Shown: piece by piece, positions 10,070-19,597 of the stretch
Layout of the letters: the number at the start of each line of letters is the position of its first letter
Position numbering within the stretch: the stretch's first letter is position 1
DNA from: Candidatus Obscuribacterales bacterium
GTDB lineage: Bacteria; Cyanobacteriota; Vampirovibrionia; Obscuribacterales; Obscuribacteraceae
Direction: 5' to 3'
Assembly: GCA_965228855.1 (NCBI GenBank)
Contig: CBDDIJ010000002.1
Location: 1,472,001 to 1,536,000 of the forward strand
DNA: 64,000 bases
Notes under the pieces: generated by a model
The model's input: only the letters and a program-made list of their open reading frames with translations
Database searches by the model: none
Told to the model about the DNA's origin: nothing
Translations under genes and position numbers: made by a program

Positions 10070-10417
10070 CTACCGGACGCGGTTTCTTTCCATGAAAGAG
10101 CCGAGCCAGTCAAAAAACGAAACGGGTTTGGGTACGTCTTCGGCTGCCTTTTGCTGAGCTTCTGGCAGCGGCATACCGCTCTCCACGCCGCGAATAATGT
10201 CCAGTACTTCGTAATCTGCAGGGAATCGTCCGATTGCTTTCTTTGAAAAGATCAATGTTCCGTTGTCTTCGACCTCGAAGACGCCTCCGGAGGATTTGAT
10301 CAATTCTGACGACTCGTCCAATTTTTCTTCGAGTTCAGCTGCCAACCTGACAGCGGCGTTCTTATAGCCTCAGGCGCCGCAATAGGTGATTGTGAACCGT
10401 TTTACATTGCTTCCCAT
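10070..10417 (-). CDS. SelW/SelT/SelH (Rdx family) selenoprotein, CxxU motif, UGA at 10372-10370 read as selenocysteine
   Basis: AGGAG SD, then ATG at 10417 reading MGSNVKRFTITYCGA-UGA-GYKNAAVRLAAEL..., in frame with the tracked ORF 10070..10345, which carries Rdx motifs 'GGVFEV' and 'IFSKKAIGRFP'. Confidence 0.9.
10338..10354 (-). promoter_or_regulatory. Bacterial SECIS-like hairpin
   Basis: GCUGUCA-GGU-UGGCAGC, a 7-bp stem with one G.U pair and a G-led loop, starting 15 nt after the UGA. Confidence 0.7.
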
Positions 10418-10525
10418 TTTCGGATCTCCTCTTAGTGGGTCACCAACTGGGATATTATCGCATCCCGGAGGGTGATTCTCACAAGATAGCCTCTGTTTGG
10501 GCTGTTGATGTAACTTCTCCTCGGA

Positions 10526-11671
10526 CTATTCCAAACTCAAATACTTGAGCAACAGGCTGTGGAAGTGATGAACACCGTCTTCCCAGTGCTTCGAATAGCG
10601 CCCCCGATCGTACAAACGTGAACGAACACCCTTTTGTACGAGTTCGACAACCTGTTCATCCTCGCGCTCGGTTTTATCGATATCCGTTGGAGAATACTGC
10701 GCCATGCGGCTTTCATCCCAGATGTATGTGATGAACTTGATTCGAGTTTTGTCGATCGCCATTGGAAGAACGAGATTTATAGACAATCCCCAGGGATAGA
10801 AATTCCACATCATGTTGGGAAACAAGAAGTAGTAGTAGGCCGCGATTGACTTGCCGTAGTCCGGATGTTCCTTGGGCAGATCAAAGGCGTCACATGGATT
10901 AGCGGCGCCACCGACTTGCAGGATGGAGAGCGGTTGAATCTCGGTCGTATAGTTCTTCGTATCAAGAAGTTGAGTCAAAGATGGATGAACGTATGGAACG
11001 TGAAGACCTTCCAGGTAGTTATCGCAATACAACGCCCAATGTGCATTTACAACATAATCACGCGAATCCTTGGCTGAAAATTGTGATTGTTTAAGCGGAA
11101 GAAAACCGACTCGCTCGTTCATATCACCGATCAAATCCTCGAATGAGAAAGCCGGATGGAGCGAGGCAAAAATGAATTTGTCGAACTGTTCGATCGGAAC
11201 GGATGGAAGATTGTCTGAAGGAGCCGGGAAATTGCAGACGTCTTCAAAGCCAGGCGCAGATTGGAATTGACCGTCTAGTGAGAATCGTCTGCCGTGGTAG
11301 CGGCAGCGAATCTGTTTCAAATGGCAATCAGATTCGACGAGTAGTGCGCCACGGTGCGTGCATACATTCGACAAGCAGCGGAGTTTGTCGTCGTTGTCCC
11401 GGGTTAGCATCAGAGGTTCATTCAAACCACCTTCGCCCATCGTCCAACTGATGACTTGACCGGGCACCTTCAGGCGATCGGTTTCCGTGGCATATTGCCA
11501 GCTTCGTGCGAATACTCGTTCTTGGGCGAGCTTGTATAGTTCCGGGTCGGTGTAATACTTCGATGGTATCGTTGCCGACTTTGCTACGTCGCTGTTGATA
11601 ACTTCATCGTCGGAAAGACGCGGCTTCAGTGTCATCTCAACATCCTCCCGGGACGCTTTGGCCTCAACCAC
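10526..11671 (-). CDS. Rieske non-heme iron oxygenase alpha subunit (choline monooxygenase-like)
   Basis: Rieske ligands 'NVCTHRG...CRYHG'; mononuclear Fe site 'DNYLEGLHVPYVH' and 'ED'. Confidence 0.88.
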   Translation of the reverse strand: MVEAKASREDVEMTLKPRLSDDEVINSDVAKSATIPSKYYTDPELYKLAQERVFARSWQYATETDRLKVPGQVISWTMGEGGLNEPLMLTRDNDDKLRCLSNVCTHRGALLVESDCHLKQIRCRYHGRRFSLDGQFQSAPGFEDVCNFPAPSDNLPSVPIEQFDKFIFASLHPAFSFEDLIGDMNERVGFLPLKQSQFSAKDSRDYVVNAHWALYCDNYLEGLHVPYVHPSLTQLLDTKNYTTEIQPLSILQVGGAANPCDAFDLPKEHPDYGKSIAAYYYFLFPNMMWNFYPWGLSINLVLPMAIDKTRIKFITYIWDESRMAQYSPTDIDKTEREDEQVVELVQKGVRSRLYDRGRYSKHWEDGVHHFHSLLLKYLSLE

Positions 11672-11760
11672 AATCCAAAGATACTAGCAGAGAGCGAGTA
11701 TTATGCCACTGCGTGTTCGCACATATCTTGTACATTCCGTTATAGGCTTCGGCTGAAAAA

Positions 11761-11866
11761 TCTTATGGAGCCTTGCGGAACAAGCGCTTCCACCAGGGGA
11801 GTGCTAAAAACTCTTATGGAGCCTTGCGGAACAAGCGCTTCCACCAGGGGAGTGCTAAAAACTCTT
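11761..11866. repeat. Perfect 51-bp tandem duplication of the 3' end of the 11814..12857 gene
   Basis: tcttatggagccttgcggaacaagcgcttccaccaggggagtgctaaaaac at 11761-11811 and again at 11812-11862, followed by tctt. Confidence 0.95.
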
Positions 11867-12857
11867 GATATTGGCGGCGGTGCTCTTGCAGCGTGCGAGT
11901 CACTTCGACAAGCTCATCCTTCAAGCTGGCTGTTTGCGATGATTTTAACTCGAGCATGCGCATGGAGCCTTGCATCTCCGCTAGGAGTCGAAGATCTTCT
12001 AAGTGTTCGCGGCGCTCATCAGATAGTTCCTTCTGTACTTCATTCAATTGCCGGAGCAGGCGTTCTACCTCATCTGAACGATCTATCACGATCGTCGGAT
12101 GTTCCATATTCGATTCCATCGCGTACTCAGCAGCTCTTGCCAGCTCTGTTTTAGCTTTTTTGCCAGCCGTTTGAATCAAGCTGTTGAAGGAAAAACCTAA
12201 CAAATTTTCGGCGGTCTCACGCAGACCCAGTGGTTCGTCGCTGGGTGCAGGCCGCGATGATGCAGCTGGTTGTGCCTGTGCTGGAGCGGGTTTCTCAATG
12301 GTTTTCTCAGTCATTACTTCCGTCCTTGGCGTGCCACTTTTCGAGTGGCGTATTCTGAAACTTGGTGGCGGAATAATTCGCCATTCGTCCTGTCCGTCGA
12401 TTTTCATCTTGCGGGCTTTCCAGCCTTCGGGAAGGCGATTGCCCCATTTGCCGCTGATTCCACGCTCGATGGCGCGAATAGATTTTCCAAGAATTGTTGC
12501 GGCTTCGTCGATTGTTAGAGCTGGTCTTGGAACATCGTAGACTAAAACCGGGCCATCGACCGCCCAGGGTGAGTCACCATCTGCGGTATCAGCCTCTTCG
12601 GCGTCGACCACGTCATGCTCAATCTCCGGCTGATTTCTCGTAAGAGCCGCATCGAGTTCCAGTCCCTCATCGCCCTCGCCATCTTCGTTGTCGGCACCGC
12701 CGGTGGTGTCCCGAGAGAGTTCTCGTTCAAATCTTTCGATCACGGCGTCATCGATCTCGACTTCAGGAGCAAATGACACAGTTTGATCGATTACTTCGGC
12801 CTCTTGCGATTCCTGAACAGCGGCGCTGAAGTTTGTGTCTTGTTGTAAGTCTTTCAT
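11814..12857 (-). CDS. Hypothetical protein: acidic N-terminus, HTH-like segment, coiled coil and C-terminal amphipathic 'PWWKRLF' helix
   Basis: 'ALTIDEAATILGKSIRAIERGI' resembles a MerR/excisionase-type HTH. The C-terminal half has heptad-like repeats. Confidence 0.65.
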   Translation of the reverse strand: MKDLQQDTNFSAAVQESQEAEVIDQTVSFAPEVEIDDAVIERFERELSRDTTGGADNEDGEGDEGLELDAALTRNQPEIEHDVVDAEEADTADGDSPWAVDGPVLVYDVPRPALTIDEAATILGKSIRAIERGISGKWGNRLPEGWKARKMKIDGQDEWRIIPPPSFRIRHSKSGTPRTEVMTEKTIEKPAPAQAQPAASSRPAPSDEPLGLRETAENLLGFSFNSLIQTAGKKAKTELARAAEYAMESNMEHPTIVIDRSDEVERLLRQLNEVQKELSDERREHLEDLRLLAEMQGSMRMLELKSSQTASLKDELVEVTRTLQEHRRQYQEFLALPWWKRLFRKAP

Positions 12858-13040
12858 ATGACTTGGACCTGTAGATCTAATGCGGCCATGATGTTTATAT
12901 TCTCAGGCCAACCTGATGGATTGACAAATTATATGCTTGAAAGATTTACTGACATCCACTTGAAAGGGCTTGGATTCTAGTATTTATGCGCTTTTCCGGT
13001 TGCTCGCTTCGTTGAGATTGTTAAGCTGCTGCTCATGCGC

Positions 13041-13072
13041 AAAAAAAGGGCGATGCTCGCCACATCGCCCTT
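13041..13072 (-). terminator. Intrinsic terminator of the SOD gene
   Basis: On the minus strand, GGGCGATG-7 nt loop-CATCGCCC followed by T7. Confidence 0.85.
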
Positions 13073-13091
13073 CAGTTATTTTTTTTCGATC

Positions 13092-13718
13092 CTACTTTTG
13101 GCAGCAGGATAGGCGCTTTTCAACAGCTTCCCAATCAACGTTGTTCAAGAATGCTTCAACGTATTTCGGTCTGTCTGCCGGTTTGTAGTCTCTGAACCAG
13201 GCATGCTCCCAAACGTCCATGACGAGCAGCGGAACGAAGCCGGCAACGTTGCCCTCTTCGTGCATGCTGATCCAGTGGTTTGAAAGGGTCTGCATTTCGG
13301 GATCGTAGTAGAGTACTACCCAGCCAACGCCTCTGGCAGCGCCGAGCTTGCTGAAGTCGGTTTTCCATACGTCGACGCTCGAGTATGTTTCCGTCATCAA
13401 TTTTGCAAGTGCGCTTGATTCCTTGAGTTCGGAACCGCCAGCCTTGAGGTTGCCGAAGTAGAACTCATGCAACTTCATGCCGTTATATTCGAATCCGTAT
13501 CTACGTTTCAGTTCGGAATATTCCGGGGTTCCGGCTTTTCCGGCTTCCGTCAGTTCGATTACCTTCTCGTTGAGAACGTTGGTGTTGGTGACGTAGCCGT
13601 TGTACAGAGCAAAGTGAATCTCCAGGGTCTCGTCTGAAATACCCTTCAGACCTTTCAAATGCGAATAGTCCTTAGCCGCATATTTTTTGTACGAAATCTT
13701 TTGTTGTAGCATATTCAT
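13092..13718 (-). CDS. Fe/Mn superoxide dismutase family protein
   Basis: Metal ligands in 'EIHFALY', 'KLHEFYF' and 'MDVWEHA'; C-terminal 'YVEAFLNNVDW'. Confidence 0.9.
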   Translation of the reverse strand: MNMLQQKISYKKYAAKDYSHLKGLKGISDETLEIHFALYNGYVTNTNVLNEKVIELTEAGKAGTPEYSELKRRYGFEYNGMKLHEFYFGNLKAGGSELKESSALAKLMTETYSSVDVWKTDFSKLGAARGVGWVVLYYDPEMQTLSNHWISMHEEGNVAGFVPLLVMDVWEHAWFRDYKPADRPKYVEAFLNNVDWEAVEKRLSCCQK

Positions 13719-13934
13719 CTCCTATGCAACACAGTGGAAATGGCGGACCGATCGCCATTTGATGAGACTGTAGTTTTAGCATGAATAACTTCTCAAGAAG
13801 CGTATTTGCACATTAAACACTAATGTTTGCGCCACACTATGTAGCTTTCGGGAAGGTTGCCGCTACCTCTATCAATCAAATGATGTGAAACCGCATGCGA
13901 TGTCACTGTGCTTGTGAAACCAGATGCGATGTCA

Positions 13935-16091
<2,157 letters not shown>

Positions 16092-16281
16092 TTACTCCCC
16101 GCCGTACTAACTCGGCTTTACCGCCAAGTGTATATAGTACCTTATTTGGCTCTTGTTGATATCTTTGGCTGCTTTCAAGCAGCGCTTTTCATGTAAAAAA
16201 CTCCGACCGATATGACCAGGAATTTTCGGTCAGATTTCCTTCACTCCATGCGTTGCAAAAGGTGATATCACCTGTGGTGTC

Positions 16282-16441
16282 AAAAAGAAGAAGCCGAGCT
16301 GGAGGCCCGGCCGCTTCACATTTTTCCACTGTTCCGCCCACGTCGGGTGCGGTAACTAGCCCAATTATTTGGGTTACATGATTTGTGGATTCTCGATTGT
16401 TGGTTTGTCGAAGAAACTCCTCCGATAAACGGAACCAACAC
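16282..16441 (-). ncRNA. Candidate ~160-nt structured small RNA or leader (family not recognised)
   Basis: Sigma70-like TTTACG-16 nt-TATTTT with TG extension just upstream. Consecutive hairpins TGTTGGTT/AACCAACA, GTAAC-CCAA/TTGG-GTTAC and CCGC.CC/GG.GCGG, then a terminator-like GAAG..CCGGG/CTCGG-CTTC followed by TTCTTTTT. Confidence 0.4.
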
Positions 16442-16605
16442 TACTAAAATACCAAAAGTTTCGAAGTCGTAAACCCTTTCTAGCAAAGGATTTTGCTATA
16501 TGTCATGGAGATAACAATTGTGCCCGAATTTTGTTATACAACTTACACAAAACGCCCTGATTCGTCACGCTTTTCACGCATGCGCCAGCTGCGATTCCCA
16601 GAGGT

Positions 16606-16712
16606 GCCCGGTACAACCCTGTGATGCTCGGTCCCGGTTCTGTCCGGTTCTGCCCGGTGATGCTCGGTGTTGTCCGGTGATGCTCGGTGCTGTCAAGTGA
16701 TGCTCGGTGCTG
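16606..16712. repeat. Degenerate 10-bp minisatellite (YCGGTKNTGY) with a 20-bp higher-order period
   Basis: gtgatgctcggt at 16621, 16657, 16677 and 16697; ccggttctg twice at a 10-bp spacing. Confidence 0.8.
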
Positions 16713-16788
16713 TCCAGTCTGCCGTCTGGCAATCTTATCGGGTAGCTCTGTTTCTACTCGCTGGGTGCCTGCGTTTTTGATTGCAATT

Positions 16789-18055
16789 TTTGCAGCAAAA
16801 CCTGCAAACAAGATTGCAAGCCTCGATTTTAGCCTCGGAAAGGAGGCTTTTGAGCTTGAAAATACTGCGCCTGCAAACAAGATTGCGGTGTTTGCAGCAA
16901 AACCTGCAAACAAGATTGCAAGCCTCGATTTTAGCCTCGGAAAGGAGGCTTTTGAGCTTGAATATACTGCGCCTGCAAACAAGATTGCGGCTTTTGCAGC
17001 AAAACCTGCAAACAAGATTGCAGCCCTCGATTTTAGCCTCGGAAAGGAGGCTTTTGAGCTTGAAAATACTGCGCCTGCAAACAAGATTGCGGCTTTTGCA
17101 GCAAAACCTGCAAACAAGATTGCAGCCCTCGATTTTAGCCTCGGAAAGGAGGCTTTTGAGCTTGAAAATACTGCGCCTGCAAACAAGATTGCGGCTTTTG
17201 CAGCAAAACCTGCAAACAAGATTGCAAGCCTCGATTTTAGCCTCGGAAAGGAGGCTTTTGAGCTTGAAAATACTGCGCCTGCAAACAAGATTGCGGTGTT
17301 TGCAGCAAAACCTGCAAACAAGATTGCAAGCCTCGATTCTAGCTTCGGAAAGGAGGCTTTTGAGCTTGAAAATACTGCGCCTGCAAACAAGATTGCGGCT
17401 TTTGCAGCAAAACCTGCAAACAAGATTGCAGCCCTCGATTTTAGCCTCGGAAAGGAGGCTTTTGAGCTTGAAAATACTGCGCCTGCAAACAAGATTGCGG
17501 TGTTTGCAGCAAAACCTGCAAACAAGATTGCAGCCCTCGATTTTTAGCCTCGGAAAGGAGGCTCTTGAGCTTGAAAATACTGCGCCTGCAAACAAGATTG
17601 CGGCTTTTGCAGCAAAACCTGCAAACAAGATTGCAGCCCTCGATTTTAGCCTCGGAAAGGAGGCTTTTGAGCTTGAAAATACTGCGCCTGCAAACAAGAT
17701 TGCGGCTTTTGCAGCAAAACCTGCAAACAAGATTGCAGCCCTCGATTTTAGCCTCGGAAAGGAGGCTTTTGAGCTTGAAAATACTGCGCCTGCAAACAAG
17801 ATTGCGGTGTTTGCAGCAAAACCTGCAAACAAGATTGCAGCCTTCGATTTTAGCCTCGGAAAGGAGGCTTTTGAGCTTGAAAATACTGCGCCTGCAAACA
17901 AGATTGCGGCTTTTGCAGCAAAACCTGCAAACAAGATTGCAGCCCTCGATTTTAGCCTCGGAAAGGAGGCTTTTGAGCTTGAAAATACTGCGCCTGCAAA
18001 CAAGATTGCGGTGTTTGCAGCAAAACCTGCAAACAAGATTGCAGCCTTCGATTTT
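16789..18055. repeat. Tandem array of 12 full 102-bp units plus a 42-bp partial unit; no spacers
   Basis: Unit: tttgcagcaaaacctgcaaacaagattgc(aagc/agcc)ctcgattttagcctcggaaaggaggcttttgagcttgaaaatactgcgcctgcaaacaagattgcg(gtg/gct). Units start at 16789, 16891, 16993 ... 17912 and 18014. The unit at 17503 has one extra T. Confidence 0.97.
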
Positions 18056-18256
18056 CGTCCGTCGATTTGTCCCGCAGAGAGACGTCTGTCGAGAGGCTGA
18101 CGGGTTTTATTGACGGTTGCAACGGTCGGTGAGGAAGTCCAAAAACGTGCAGGGGGCACTCGTTTCGAGGACAACAGGGGATATATACGTATGTACACCG
18201 CCCTGGCGAGGTGTTATATAACAGCAAGAATCAGCAAACTAGCGGCAGGTTGTTGA

Positions 18257-19408
18257 ATGGACCAGGTACTTTTATCTCTTAAAAAACGAGTGGTCGTGCC
18301 GCTCATAATCGTTGCCGGTTGCTGTGCCTGGCTTATTCTCTGTCACGCTCACTATAAGAGCTACTGGTTCGGCACCATTTACAGGGTGCAAACAACTGAT
18401 TTCAACTTGTTGCACCATGTGCTGCCGCAGACGTTGTCTCAGATGATCATTGCCGGACGCGTCGACCTGATTCAAGAGACCCTGGACTCGACATTTGGAT
18501 TGTTCGGACTGGTGATCACGGATCCTTCCGGAAAGACCGTACTGTGGAAAACAGGCAAGGTCTATCATCGCGAATCTTGGCATCACAAGGCATCGCCGAA
18601 TTTGCTCAAGCTGGAAGATGAGCCCTTTGACCTTTTGACCAATCCTGTGGAGCTGGAGCCGCTCTATGCGCACGCTTCACCGCGTTCGATGCATGCAAAG
18701 CAGTTGCGCCAGCCTAAAGGTCAGGTCCTCGGCAGGCTTTATTACCTGCGAGCCGACCCCCCGGCGTTCTGGACCGATATGAAGAGTTTTCTGACGGGCG
18801 GTTTCTGGGAGGTCTCCGGAGCCAAGCGCGGATATTTATATGTAACGCTCAGCGTCACCGCGTTCTGTTTGGTGATTCTGCTGGTCTTCTGGTTGCGCAG
18901 ACGCAGTATCGAATTGAAACAGCAGGAGCTGGAGAGTGCCGAGCGAGAGTTGGAAATTCGCAGAAAGGCGCTTGAGCACTTGTCGAACGAGCTGGCTGCG
19001 CAAAGGTCGAGAAAGGTTTGGCTCGAAAAAGAAGCCGACCAGGCTTACCGACGTTCGTTGCGGTTAAAGCAATCGCTCGAAAAACTGCGCGATTCGATTC
19101 TTGGAATACCTTCCGGTCAAGAACAGTCGACGACCGGTGGCAATCAGCCGCTCCGGGTGCGCCCACCTGCCCATCCATCCAGCTCGATACTCGAAGAGAT
19201 CGAATCAATCTTGCCTGGTTTGAATGAGAACGCGAAGGTCTTGCGCCATCAAGCAGGCGTACTGCATGACTACTGTTCGACCCTGGAGCAGCGTCAACAA
19301 GAGATGCAGCGCATCGTAGACAACGCGTACAGTCAGACGATGGGACCGGCGCAAATGCCGCCTGCTCAAGCATCTCAAGCAGAGACGATAGATATGCGAC
19401 CACGGTAA
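18257..19408 (+). CDS. Hypothetical membrane protein (two TM segments flanking an extracytoplasmic domain, cytoplasmic coiled coil)
   Basis: Hydrophobic 'VVVPLIIVAGCCAWLIL' and 'YLYVTLSVTAFCLVILLVFWL', followed by an E/L/R-rich heptad region. Confidence 0.75.
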   Translation: MDQVLLSLKKRVVVPLIIVAGCCAWLILCHAHYKSYWFGTIYRVQTTDFNLLHHVLPQTLSQMIIAGRVDLIQETLDSTFGLFGLVITDPSGKTVLWKTGKVYHRESWHHKASPNLLKLEDEPFDLLTNPVELEPLYAHASPRSMHAKQLRQPKGQVLGRLYYLRADPPAFWTDMKSFLTGGFWEVSGAKRGYLYVTLSVTAFCLVILLVFWLRRRSIELKQQELESAERELEIRRKALEHLSNELAAQRSRKVWLEKEADQAYRRSLRLKQSLEKLRDSILGIPSGQEQSTTGGNQPLRVRPPAHPSSSILEEIESILPGLNENAKVLRHQAGVLHDYCSTLEQRQQEMQRIVDNAYSQTMGPAQMPPAQASQAETIDMRPR

Positions 19409-19597
19409 TCCGACCTGATTTCAAAATAAGAATTGCAGGTTTCTACGCGCTGGCTTGCTAGTCGTGCTAAGCTAATTAACTGGGAAGACTATGTGCTGCT
19501 GACCTGTGCAATCTAGGGTCAGCGAGTCGTTTGTATACGGCACGTTCGTGCGAGTTTGAGTCTTGTCGCGCGTTGTGGTGAATGGCAATCCAATTAG

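Noticed and set aside
10070..10417. Pseudogene with a premature stop
   Set aside because: The UGA falls exactly at the redox CxxU position and is followed by a SECIS-like hairpin.
11765..12154. ORF with a duplicated N-terminus on the + strand
   Set aside because: It is the antisense shadow of the 51-bp duplication and of the 11814..12857 gene.
16465..16500. c-di-GMP-I riboswitch upstream of the MshEN gene
   Set aside because: The minus strand has AGCAAA, a stem and ACG, but no GNRA-capped P2 and no following GCAAA; the consensus is not met.
16100..16560. Replication origin
   Set aside because: Only mismatched DnaA-box-like words (TTTTCCACT, GAATCCACA), no clear unwinding element, and no dnaA/dnaN nearby.
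16789..18055. CRISPR array
   Set aside because: The sequences between the repeated 17-mers and hairpins are themselves near-identical (no unique spacers), and there are no cas genes in the window.
16503..18198. Long ORFs across the array (16503..17525, 16687..17547, 16735..18198, 16781..18100, 17565..18113)
   Set aside because: A 102-bp unit without stops opens several frames on both strands automatically. None has a clear SD and start, and all shift at 17541-17545. Four of five rare substitution sites share one codon phase, but that is too few to support coding.
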